A stretch of 64,000 nucleotides of DNA from Clostridia bacterium (GTDB lineage: Bacteria > Bacillota > Clostridia > Oscillospirales > CAG-272). This document shows, piece by piece, positions 28,346 to 36,623 of the stretch. The stretch lies in contig JAFTCT010000081.1 of assembly GCA_017454525.1 (NCBI GenBank), positions 3,036 to 67,035 of the forward strand. The letters run 5' to 3'. The position numbers and the translations under genes are program-made. Each line of letters opens with the position of its first letter. Position 1 is the first letter of the stretch. The notes beneath the pieces are model-generated. The model saw nothing but the letters and a program-made list of their open reading frames with translations. It did no database searches and was not told the DNA's origin.

Positions 28346-31300
28346 ATGAAGGTGAACAAAGTGAAAAGAACGCTGCTTCAAAAGATCCTGCCGCTTCTTA
28401 TAGCGGCGGCAATGCTTCTTCCGATGCTGCCGATCCTGTCTTCGGCAGGCGCGTCGGATAAGTACGACGTCAACGGTGACGCCAAGATCTCGATCGAGGA
28501 CGTGACCGCGCTGCTCGACGTACTGGCGACCGGCGCCGCCACCGGCGCACACGATATCAACGGAGACGAAAAGGTCTCCATCGAGGACGTGACGTCGCTT
28601 CTGGACTATCTGGCAAATCCCACGCAGACCGCAGAAACGATGCAGGATATCGTTGACGCGGCTTATGATCTTGAAAAAGATACCGCAATGAGCGAACAAA
28701 AGACTCTGACCGGCAAGATCGTTGAGATCAATACCGCGTACAGCGATTCGCACGGGAACATCACCGTCACGATCGTGGTGGAGGGCAGAGAGGACAAGCC
28801 GATCATGTGCTACCGTCTGAAGGGCACTGAGGCAACGGAAACGGCGCCCGCCGTCGACGTTTCGGGACTTGCTCTTCTCGACACGGTCACCGTGACCGGC
28901 ACGCTCAAGAATTACAAGGGCACGATCGAATTCGATCAGGGATGCGTCTGCTCCGGCATCTATCCGACGAAGAGTTCTGTCGGCGTTGCCATTGATGAGA
29001 TCGCATTTGAGGCAAGTTATGAAGCGGGCGCAGAGGTGATCCCCGTCGAAGACGGCAAGTATGACGACGTCACCTTCACGTATACCGCACAGACTGCTGA
29101 CGGCGCTCCCGCGCCCGTCGTGATCGAAGACGGAAAACTGACGTTCGGAAACGTGAACGAGTCGACGGCCGTTATCGTGACCGTTACCGCGACCGACGGC
29201 GTTGAAACGCTTTCGAAGACCTTCAGCGTGAGCGTCGTTCCCGCCGGATACACCGAAACGATGCAGGATATCGTTGACGCGGCGTATGCTCTTGAAGGCA
29301 GCGACACGCTTCAGAACAAGACGCTTCAGGGCGTGATCACCGAGATCACCACCGCATACAGCGCGCAGTACGGAAACGTCACCGTCGTCATCGCTGTCGC
29401 CGACAGGACGGACAAACCGATCCAGTGCTACCGCTTGAAGAACGGTGAAAACATCACCGCGGGCGAAGGCGTTGAAAAGATCAAGGTCGGCGACACCATC
29501 ACCGTGACCGGTACGCTCAAGAAATACAACGGAACGGTCGAATTCGATCAGGGCTGCACGCTTGACAGCGTCGACGCCGTTGCGCAGATGACGGAAGAAC
29601 AGAAGGTCGACGCGGAACTCGAGAAGATCACGCTTCCCGCCACCGTTTCCGAAGACACCGAGATCGACCTTCCCTCTGCCGGGACGGAATATACCGACGT
29701 CGCCTTTACCTGGGCGTCCGACTGCGAGCAGGCGGTCATCGCTTCCGGAAAACTGACTCTGGCGATCGGCAGCGCCAATGCGACGGCGACCGTGACCGTC
29801 GCGGCTTCCTGCGGAGAGGTCACGAAGACGAAAGAGTTCAAGATCCTTCTGGCAGCCAAGGAACTGACCATGCAGGATATCGTCGATATGGCGTATGAAC
29901 TTGAGGGCGGCAAGTCGCTTTCTCAGTCCTATACGCTGACCGGTAAGATCACTAAGGTCGACACGGTGTACAGCACCACCTACAAAAATGTTACCGTTAC
30001 CATCACCGTCGAAGGACGTGAAGACAAGCCGATCATGTGCTACCGCATGAAGAACGGCGAAGGCTTTGCCGAAGACGCGGGCGTGGCGGTGATCAAGGTC
30101 GGAGACGTCATTACCGTCTCGGGCATCATCAAGAACTACGTCAAGAATAACGTCAGCACCATTGAGTTCGACGCGAACTGCACGCTCGACAGGATCGACG
30201 AAGTCGCGCAGCTCTCTGACGAAGAGATCATCGCGGCGGAGCTTTCAAAAATCGTTCTGCCCGAGACCGTCAAGGAAAACACCGAGATCCAACTGCCGCT
30301 GAGCGGCTCTGAAGAAAACCCGAACGTCGTCTTCAGATGGTCCTGCACCGGCGACGCCGTTTCGATCGGCGATACAGGCGTGATGGTTCTGACTGTCGGC
30401 GAGACCACCGCAAACGTCACCGTTACCGTTACGGCGGAATTCGGCGAAGCGACCGCTGAAAAGACCTTCAGCATTACGATTGCCGCGCCCACGCCCGCCG
30501 GCGAAACGGTCGACGTTCTGAACAGAGAACTGACCGGCGTTACCGGCTCCTCCTACACCGCGTGGGAAGGCAAATCGGCGGATTCCTCCGCCGTCTGGGC
30601 GGGACAGTCCGCCGGCGGCAACGACGCGATCCAGATCCGCAGCAACGGCAACGCCGCCGGCGTGATCTCGACGGCGAGCGGCGGTACGGTCAAATCTGTC
30701 ACCGTGAAATTCAACAGCAACACTTCCGTCGGAAGAACCATTCTGATCTATGCGTCCAATACCGCGTATACTTCTCCGACAGAACTCTACGCCGCGGAAG
30801 CAATTGCAGAACTCAAATATGAGGAAACCTCCGCGGAATACACCTATACCTTTGAAAAGGAGTTCGCCTTTGTCGGTATCCGCTCCAAGCAGGGCGCGAT
30901 CTATCTTGATGAGATCCGTGTCACCTGGACTGACGGAAGCGGAACGCAGGGCGGTCAGGGCGGCGACCAGAACGAAAAAACCACCGACGTTCTCCTCGCG
31001 GGACTGTTTGCGGCAACGAACACCACCTATACTGAATTCAGCGGCGTCAGTGTGAACTCCGACGCGGTTTACGCCGGTCAGTCCGCACAGACTTCCAAGG
31101 GCTCCATTCAGCTGCGTTCCAAAAACAGCAATTCGGGAATCGTTACTACCGAAAGCGGCGGCAAAGTCGTTTCGATCTCCTTCGTCTTTGAGGAAGGCAC
31201 CTCGACTTCCAACACGCTTGATATCTACGGCAGCAATACCGCGTATGAATCCGCCGCCGACCTGTACGACTCTTCAAAGCAGGGCGAAAAGGTCGGTTCG

Positions 31301-31408
31301 ATCAGCGCAGACGGTACCGTTACATTCACCGGCGATTATGCCTATTTCGGCATTCGCTCCTATAGCGGCGCCGTTTACGTTGCCAAAATCACGGTCGAAT
31401 GGGCTTGA
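28346..31408 (+). CDS. Secreted dockerin-containing protein with 3 tandem OB-like/Ig-like modules and 2 tandem C-terminal beta-sandwich-like modules
   Basis: Signal peptide. EF-hand pair DVNGDAKISIED / DINGDEKVSIED. Three roughly 205-aa repeats each start (E/L)TMQDIVD(A/M)AY. Two roughly 158-aa repeats follow. GTG 28361 (MKRTLLQK) is an alternative start. Confidence 0.75.
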   Translation: MKVNKVKRTLLQKILPLLIAAAMLLPMLPILSSAGASDKYDVNGDAKISIEDVTALLDVLATGAATGAHDINGDEKVSIEDVTSLLDYLANPTQTAETMQDIVDAAYDLEKDTAMSEQKTLTGKIVEINTAYSDSHGNITVTIVVEGREDKPIMCYRLKGTEATETAPAVDVSGLALLDTVTVTGTLKNYKGTIEFDQGCVCSGIYPTKSSVGVAIDEIAFEASYEAGAEVIPVEDGKYDDVTFTYTAQTADGAPAPVVIEDGKLTFGNVNESTAVIVTVTATDGVETLSKTFSVSVVPAGYTETMQDIVDAAYALEGSDTLQNKTLQGVITEITTAYSAQYGNVTVVIAVADRTDKPIQCYRLKNGENITAGEGVEKIKVGDTITVTGTLKKYNGTVEFDQGCTLDSVDAVAQMTEEQKVDAELEKITLPATVSEDTEIDLPSAGTEYTDVAFTWASDCEQAVIASGKLTLAIGSANATATVTVAASCGEVTKTKEFKILLAAKELTMQDIVDMAYELEGGKSLSQSYTLTGKITKVDTVYSTTYKNVTVTITVEGREDKPIMCYRMKNGEGFAEDAGVAVIKVGDVITVSGIIKNYVKNNVSTIEFDANCTLDRIDEVAQLSDEEIIAAELSKIVLPETVKENTEIQLPLSGSEENPNVVFRWSCTGDAVSIGDTGVMVLTVGETTANVTVTVTAEFGEATAEKTFSITIAAPTPAGETVDVLNRELTGVTGSSYTAWEGKSADSSAVWAGQSAGGNDAIQIRSNGNAAGVISTASGGTVKSVTVKFNSNTSVGRTILIYASNTAYTSPTELYAAEAIAELKYEETSAEYTYTFEKEFAFVGIRSKQGAIYLDEIRVTWTDGSGTQGGQGGDQNEKTTDVLLAGLFAATNTTYTEFSGVSVNSDAVYAGQSAQTSKGSIQLRSKNSNSGIVTTESGGKVVSISFVFEEGTSTSNTLDIYGSNTAYESAADLYDSSKQGEKVGSISADGTVTFTGDYAYFGIRSYSGAVYVAKITVEWA
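28631..30480 (+). repeat. Three in-frame tandem repeats (periods 621 and 609 nt) inside the CDS
   Basis: The motif atgcaggatatcgt recurs at 28640, 29261 and 29870. The protein modules share MQDIVD-AY-LE...TLTGKI-EI-TAYS...NVTVTI-VEGREDKPIMCYR-K...GD-ITV-G-LKNY-GT-EFD. Confidence 0.85.
30509..31405 (+). repeat. Two in-frame tandem roughly 158-codon modules (divergent)
   Basis: VDVLNRELTGVTGSSYTAWEGKSADSSAVWAGQSAGG...IYASNTAYTSPTELY aligns with TDVLLAGLFAATNTTYTEFSGVSVNSDAVYAGQSAQ...IYGSNTAYESAADLY. The offset is 474 nt. Confidence 0.7.
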
Positions 31409-31423
31409 TGCTCAAATAAACCT

Positions 31424-31512
31424 CCCGCCGCGCCCGACCGGGCGCGGCGGGATCATTTCTTTAACAAAAAGAGGCTGCTTCGCTTGCGCATTTGCGCAAA
31501 CGAAGCAGCCTC
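31424..31512. terminator. Two back-to-back hairpins between convergent genes (bidirectional termination)
   Basis: cccgccgcgccc-gacc-gggcgcggcggg (31424-31451) followed by T-rich sequence on the + strand. A 42-nt perfect hairpin gaggctgcttcg...cgaagcagcctc (31471-31512) is followed by TTTTT on the - strand. Confidence 0.85.
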
Positions 31513-31545
31513 AATTCGTTCTTTTTTCCGACCGTTTTCCGCGCG

Positions 31546-33210
31546 TCAGCACTTGAAACTGTCTTTGAGCGAAACGATGCGGTTGAAGGTGTTTTCGTAC
31601 TTGCTGTCCTTGCAGAAGTAGCCGGTGCGCACGAACTGGAAGCGGTCGCCGACCTGTGCTGTGCCGAGCGACGGCTCGATCTTCGCGTGCTCGACGGTGA
31701 TGAGCGATTCGGGATTCAGATAGTTGAAGTAGAGAGCGTTGCCGTTCTCGTCGGTCTCCGCCTGCGAGAGGTCTTCCAGTGTGAAGAGCCGGTCGTAGAG
31801 CTTGACGGTGGTATCGAGCGCGTCGTTTGCCGACAGCCAGTGGATCGTCCCCTTGATCTTTCTGCCGTCAACGGGGTTGCCGTTGCCGCTCTCAAGATCG
31901 GCTGTACAGTGGAGTTCTTTCACGCTTCCGTCGCCGTTTTGCACGATCTCGCTGCATTTCACGATATAGGCGCCCATCAGACGCACTTCTCCGTCCTTCT
32001 TCATACGGAAGAACTTGGGCGGGGGATCGAGGGCGAAGTCGTCTTCGTCGATATAGAGTTCGCGCGTGAACTTCACCTTGCGCGTTCCCATTTCGGGATG
32101 CTGCGGATGATTGGGCAGTTCGAAAGTCTCTTCATAACCCTCGGGCAGATTGTCGATGACGACCTTGACCGGATGAAGGATGCAGACGCGGCGCGGCGCG
32201 TTTTCGTTGAGCTCGTCGCGCAGGCAGGCTTCGAGCATCCGGATATCGACGAGGTTATTGGATTTGGACACGCCGGCGCTGCGCACGAAGGACATGATCG
32301 ACGAAGGCGTGAAGCCCCTTCTGCGCAGAGCGAAGAGGGTGGGCAGACGCGGATCGTCCCAGCCGTCGACGATCTTCTGTTCAACGAGTTGTCTGAGATA
32401 GCGCTTGGAGACCGTCGTATAGGTGACGTTGATGCGCGCGAATTCCCGCTGCTTCGGCTTCTTTTCGATGCCGATGTTGTCGACGACCCACTCGTAAAGC
32501 GGGCGGTGGTTCTCAAACTCCAGCGAGCAGAGGGAATGCGTGATCCCCTCGGTGGCGTCCTGGATCGGATGCGCGAAGTCGTACATCGGATAGATGCACC
32601 ACTTGTCGCCCTGACGGTGATGATGCGCGTACTTGATGCGGTAGATGATCGGGTCGCGCAGGTAGGTGTTGGGATTCGACGGGTCGATCTTGGCACGCAG
32701 GGTGTGCGAGCCCTCGGGGAACTCGCCGTTCTTCATGCGGTAGAAGAGATCGAGATTTTCCTCGACCGTGCGGTCACGGTAGGGAGAAACGCGGCTCGCT
32801 TCGGCGCGGTCGGTGCCCTTGTACTCGATGACGTCCTCCTTGGAGAGGTCGCAGACGTACGCCTTGCCGTCCTTGATGAGTTTCACGGCGTACTCAAAGC
32901 AGAGGTCGAAGTAGTCCGATCCGTAGAAAACGCCGCCGCTCGGCTCCTCGCCGATCAGCCAGCAGATATCCTTATAGATCGAATCGACGTACTCGGTGTC
33001 CTCTCTTGTCGGATTGGTGTCGTCGTAACGGAGGTTGAAAACGCCGCCGTATTTCTTTGCAACGTCGTAGTTGATCATGATCGCTTTCGCCGAGCCGAGA
33101 TGCAGATAGCCGTTCGGTTCGGGCGGAAAACGGGTGTGGATCTTTAAGTCGGGGTTTTTTCTCAAGTCTTCATCGACGATATCGTAAATAAAATTTCTGA
33201 ATTCATCCAT
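31546..33210 (-). CDS. glnS: Glutamine--tRNA ligase
   Basis: RFPPEPNGYLHLGSAKA (HIGH region), TVSKR (KMSKS-type) and the C-terminal anticodon-binding beta-barrel region. 554 aa. Confidence 0.95.
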   Translation of the reverse strand: MDEFRNFIYDIVDEDLRKNPDLKIHTRFPPEPNGYLHLGSAKAIMINYDVAKKYGGVFNLRYDDTNPTREDTEYVDSIYKDICWLIGEEPSGGVFYGSDYFDLCFEYAVKLIKDGKAYVCDLSKEDVIEYKGTDRAEASRVSPYRDRTVEENLDLFYRMKNGEFPEGSHTLRAKIDPSNPNTYLRDPIIYRIKYAHHHRQGDKWCIYPMYDFAHPIQDATEGITHSLCSLEFENHRPLYEWVVDNIGIEKKPKQREFARINVTYTTVSKRYLRQLVEQKIVDGWDDPRLPTLFALRRRGFTPSSIMSFVRSAGVSKSNNLVDIRMLEACLRDELNENAPRRVCILHPVKVVIDNLPEGYEETFELPNHPQHPEMGTRKVKFTRELYIDEDDFALDPPPKFFRMKKDGEVRLMGAYIVKCSEIVQNGDGSVKELHCTADLESGNGNPVDGRKIKGTIHWLSANDALDTTVKLYDRLFTLEDLSQAETDENGNALYFNYLNPESLITVEHAKIEPSLGTAQVGDRFQFVRTGYFCKDSKYENTFNRIVSLKDSFKC

Positions 33211-33222
33211 GACCGATACCTC

Positions 33223-34893
33223 TTACAGTGATTTGATATAGTTTTCGATGCGCGCAAGCGCTTTTTCTTTTCCGAGGATCTGCAGAACGGTATAGAGATC
33301 GGGGGAATTGAGCCGTCCGGTGACCGCCAGCCGGATGAAGGAGGAAACGTCGCCGACGTGTCCTTTATAATCATCGGGCGACGCCTTATACTGCTTGACG
33401 TCGGGGCAGAAACCGTGCCGCGCGGCGACCGCCTTCACGCCGTCGAACCACGCCTGATTGTCGGCTTTGTCGTCATAGGAGGAAGCAAAGTCCGAAAGGC
33501 AGGCGGCGATATCGGATCTCGCGAACTTTTCGTCCGGTCGGTCCTCTGTCTCAAACAGCGCGTCGTAGAAGAACGCCATATAGCGTTTGACCTCGGAGAG
33601 CAGCGCGTAATCCTTTCTGGGCTTCTTGCCGCCTCTGCCGATCGAAAGGATCGAGAGCGCGTAGGGCTTGTCTTTGCAAAGAAGTTCCGCGAAGGGAGGA
33701 TCGTTTTCCCTTGCCCAGTCGAGCGCGAGGTCGTAAACGTGTTCAGCTGTCATTTTGGAGAGCACGTTCTTTGAAACGTCGTTGAGTTTGTCGAAGTCAA
33801 AAAGGCAGCCCGAAACCGACATTTTCCTGATCGAGAAAGGGAAGTCCTCCGCGGGCTTGTCCGGATTGGCGGTGTGCCATTCCTCGAAATTGGAGTTGAG
33901 CAGCGTCAGAACGTACTCTCTGACGCTCTCCGCAGGATAGCCCATGCGGCTGTAATCGTCGAGATTCGCGCCCATATCGCGCTTGGAGAGTTTCTTCTTG
34001 TTGCCCTGCTCGTCGAGCCGCATGATCTGCGCGATGTGCAGGTACTTCGGCAGTCTGAAGCCGAGATACGAGAAGAGCTGGATATGCTTGGGCAGGGAAG
34101 GCAGCCATTCCTCGCCGCGGATGACGTGGGTCGTGCCCATGAGATGATCGTCGACGGCGTGCGCGAAGTGATAGGTCGGGATGCCGTCGGATTTCAGAAG
34201 CACGAAATCCTCGTCGTTTTCCGGGATCTCCAGTTGTTCCTTGATGAGATCCGTAAACCGGATCTTCTTTTCTTTATCTCCGCCCGCAAGGATGCGCAGA
34301 ACGAATTTATCGCCCTTATCGAGGCGCTCTTTAACTTCCTCAAGCGAGATCGCGCGGTCTTTCTCCTGCGCTTCGCGCCGTTTTTCTTCGGCTTCCTGCC
34401 AGTTGGTGTTTTTGAGTTCCTCTTTTTTATTGACGCTTTTGTGTTCCTCCATCTCCTCTTCGGTCGTGAAGCAGGGATAGGCGAGCCCCTTCTGTACGAG
34501 CGACTTGGCGTAAACGTGATAGATCTGCGCGCGCTTGCTCTGCGTATAGGGTCCGTACGCGCCGATCTCTCCGTCTGCGGTCACGCCCTCGTCGAAGCGT
34601 ACGCCGTAGCGCGCGAGGGTCCTGACGAGCGCCTGCGCCGCGCCCGGCACCTCGCGCTTCGCGTCGGTGTCCTCGACGCGCAGGAAAAAGACGCCGCCCG
34701 ACTGATGCGCCAGCCGTTCGCCGACCGTGGCGGGGAAGAGCCCGCCGAAATGCACGAAGCCGGTGGGACTGGGCGCGAAGCGCGTGACCTTCGCCCCCTC
34801 GGGCAGAGCGCGCGGCGGATAGCGTTTTTCCATATCCTCGGGCGTTTCGTGAACGTCCGGGAAGAGAAGATCTGCAAGCAAAAGATGATCCAT
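33223..34893 (-). CDS. gltX: Glutamate--tRNA ligase
   Basis: RFAPSPTGFVHFGG, LRVEDTDAKR and KLSKRD motifs. 556 aa. Confidence 0.95.
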   Translation of the reverse strand: MDHLLLADLLFPDVHETPEDMEKRYPPRALPEGAKVTRFAPSPTGFVHFGGLFPATVGERLAHQSGGVFFLRVEDTDAKREVPGAAQALVRTLARYGVRFDEGVTADGEIGAYGPYTQSKRAQIYHVYAKSLVQKGLAYPCFTTEEEMEEHKSVNKKEELKNTNWQEAEEKRREAQEKDRAISLEEVKERLDKGDKFVLRILAGGDKEKKIRFTDLIKEQLEIPENDEDFVLLKSDGIPTYHFAHAVDDHLMGTTHVIRGEEWLPSLPKHIQLFSYLGFRLPKYLHIAQIMRLDEQGNKKKLSKRDMGANLDDYSRMGYPAESVREYVLTLLNSNFEEWHTANPDKPAEDFPFSIRKMSVSGCLFDFDKLNDVSKNVLSKMTAEHVYDLALDWARENDPPFAELLCKDKPYALSILSIGRGGKKPRKDYALLSEVKRYMAFFYDALFETEDRPDEKFARSDIAACLSDFASSYDDKADNQAWFDGVKAVAARHGFCPDVKQYKASPDDYKGHVGDVSSFIRLAVTGRLNSPDLYTVLQILGKEKALARIENYIKSL

Positions 34894-34909
34894 AGTAGAT
34901 ACCTCTGTT

Positions 34910-35527
34910 TCATGCGCCGAAATAGCGGCGCTCGGCGTTTAGCGTGGATTTTTTTCCGTGACCGGGATAGACCGTCCGGTCGGAAAGGGAAAAAAGTTTC
35001 ATAAGGGAGGAATGCAGTTCGTCGTCGCGTCCGCCGGGCAGATCGGTGCGCCCGTATCCTCCGCGGAAGAGGGTGTCGCCGGTGAAGAGCAGCGCGCCCG
35101 TATCGTAGCACACCGAACCGACGGTATGTCCCGGCGTTTCGATCACCGTCAGCTTCTCGTCGCCCAGTTCGACGACGTCGCCGTCCCGCAGAAGCCGCGC
35201 GGGAGAAGCGTTCACCAGCACCGGATAGCGGAAGAGGATCATCGACCCGTTCGTGATGAAGTCCGTCAGCGCCGGCGCGTCCTTTTCGGGACAGTAGAAG
35301 GAGGCGCCGGTCTTACCGATCAGCCCGTCAAGCGCTTCGATATGGTCGAAATGCGTGTGGGTCAGAAGGATCGCGTCAAGATGCGCGCCGACCTTGAAGA
35401 TCAAGGAAGCGATCGAGTCCTCGTCATATCCCGGATCGATCACCAACGCGTGATACGGCGGCTTTTCGGTCACAAGAATATAACAGTTCGTCTCGACCGG
35501 ACCGACGCAAAGCGTATATACCCGCAT
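34910..35527 (-). CDS. MBL-fold metallo-hydrolase (glyoxalase II-like)
   Basis: HxHxDH motif LTHTHFDHIEAL and TPGHTVGS. ATG 35527 (MRVYTL) follows AGAAGG; the track start at 35566 is an alternative. Confidence 0.85.
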   Translation of the reverse strand: MRVYTLCVGPVETNCYILVTEKPPYHALVIDPGYDEDSIASLIFKVGAHLDAILLTHTHFDHIEALDGLIGKTGASFYCPEKDAPALTDFITNGSMILFRYPVLVNASPARLLRDGDVVELGDEKLTVIETPGHTVGSVCYDTGALLFTGDTLFRGGYGRTDLPGGRDDELHSSLMKLFSLSDRTVYPGHGKKSTLNAERRYFGA

Positions 35528-35556
35528 TTCAGCACCTTCTTCCCCATGATTACAGT

Positions 35557-35585
35557 ATTTTAGCATAACGGGAACGCAAAGTCAA
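35557..35585 (-). promoter_or_regulatory. Sigma-A type promoter with extended -10 (TTGACT-17-TGcTAAAAT) for the MBL-gltX-glnS operon
   Basis: Reverse complement: -35 at 35580-35585, -10 at 35557-35562, 17-nt spacer. Confidence 0.6.
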
Positions 35586-35646
35586 GTTTTTTGAATGAAA
35601 TAATTCAATAGTATTATAGTATTATAGAGGCAATATCAAAAAACAG

Positions 35647-35675
35647 TTGAAATGTGTTCTGTTATGTGTTATAAT
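35647..35675 (+). promoter_or_regulatory. Sigma-A type promoter (TTGAAA-17-TATAAT)
   Basis: Hexamers at 35647-35652 and 35670-35675 with a 17-nt spacer. Confidence 0.65.
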
Positions 35676-35718
35676 TTACTTGTGATATCCGATCCTTCTC
35701 TATATCGCGGGAACGCTC

Positions 35719-36114
35719 TTGATCGCTCTGTCGATCGCTTTCTATCTCAAAAGTTATCTGCCGCTCTCGGTATACGAACTGTTCGTCAAGGGCGTAACGG
35801 ACCGGTACCGTCTGAAATTTCACGTCGTAAAAACGGTCTTTAATTTCTCTCTGCTCCTTCTCTCGATCGTCCTGTCGCTCGTCGTCTTCGGGATCGTCGA
35901 AAAGGCGGATATGAGTACTTTCGGCGGTTTTCCGGACGTGATCCGCCGCGGCGGCGTCTATATCGGCACGGTGGTCACGACTTTGGTCAACGGCGAGCTG
36001 ATCATGCTGTGCGGGAAACTGATCGGGAAAGGGATGTCTTTTGAGCCGCGTTTTCAGAAACTGTATGCAAAACTCGTAACGGAGGATAAGGACAAAAATG
36101 AAGAACGGAAATGA
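35719..36114 (+). CDS. Membrane protein resembling only the C-terminal half of YczE/DUF6198-type proteins (possibly truncated)
   Basis: TTG start without an obvious RBS. An in-frame TGA at 35683-35685 limits any upstream extension. Hydrophobic helices and KFHVVKTVFNFSLLLLSIVLSLVVFG resemble the second repeat of that family. The family assignment is from memory only. Confidence 0.45.
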   Translation: MIALSIAFYLKSYLPLSVYELFVKGVTDRYRLKFHVVKTVFNFSLLLLSIVLSLVVFGIVEKADMSTFGGFPDVIRRGGVYIGTVVTTLVNGELIMLCGKLIGKGMSFEPRFQKLYAKLVTEDKDKNEERK

Positions 36115-36565
36115 GATCATCGGGCAGTTGTCCGCGCTCTGCGAGGGCGTGCCTTATCTTGCGGCAAATCTTTCAAACGCTTCCGCACTGTTGTACGACG
36201 CGCTCCCGCGCCTGAACTGGGCGGGCTTCTATCTTCTGCGCGGCGGCGCGCTCTGGCTCGGTCCCTTTCAGGGCAAGCCCGCCTGCGTGCGCATCGCGCC
36301 GGGGAAAGGGGTCTGCGGAAGAGCGGCTGAGGAGGACCGCACGCTGGTCGTGCCCGACGTTCACGTCTTTCCGGGACATATCGCCTGCGACGGCGCCTCC
36401 CGCTCGGAGATCGTCGTGCCGCTGCACCGCGCCGGGAAAGTCGTGGGGGTACTGGATCTCGACAGCCCCGAATATGACCGATTTACGGAAGAGGACAGGG
36501 AACTGATCGAAAGATTCGCTTCAAAACTCGAGGAACTGCTTGAAGATCAGTGGGAACAGGAATGA
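36098..36565 (+). CDS. msrC: GAF-domain protein, free methionine-(R)-sulfoxide reductase-like
   Basis: NWAGFYLL...LGPFQGKPACVRI..GKGVCG...VVPDVHVFPGHIACDGASRSEIVVPL, typical of the fRMsr/YebR family. Confidence 0.8.
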   Translation: MKNGNEIIGQLSALCEGVPYLAANLSNASALLYDALPRLNWAGFYLLRGGALWLGPFQGKPACVRIAPGKGVCGRAAEEDRTLVVPDVHVFPGHIACDGASRSEIVVPLHRAGKVVGVLDLDSPEYDRFTEEDRELIERFASKLEELLEDQWEQE

Positions 36566-36608
36566 CAAAAAAGCCGTTTTGCAGGTAAAAGGCAAAACGG
36601 CTTTTTTG
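36566..36608. terminator. Bidirectional rho-independent terminator
   Basis: Stem agccgttttgc / gcaaaacggct, flanked by an A-run 5' and TTTTT 3', between convergent genes. Confidence 0.85.
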
Positions 36609-36623
36609 TTGCGCTTTTTTTGA

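Noticed and set aside
28631-30480. Tandem DNA repeats of about 0.6 kb, considered as possible IS, MITE or assembly duplication.
   Set aside because: The copies are in frame (621 and 609 nt) and divergent at many positions, and they encode matching protein modules. I found no terminal inverted repeats and no transposase.
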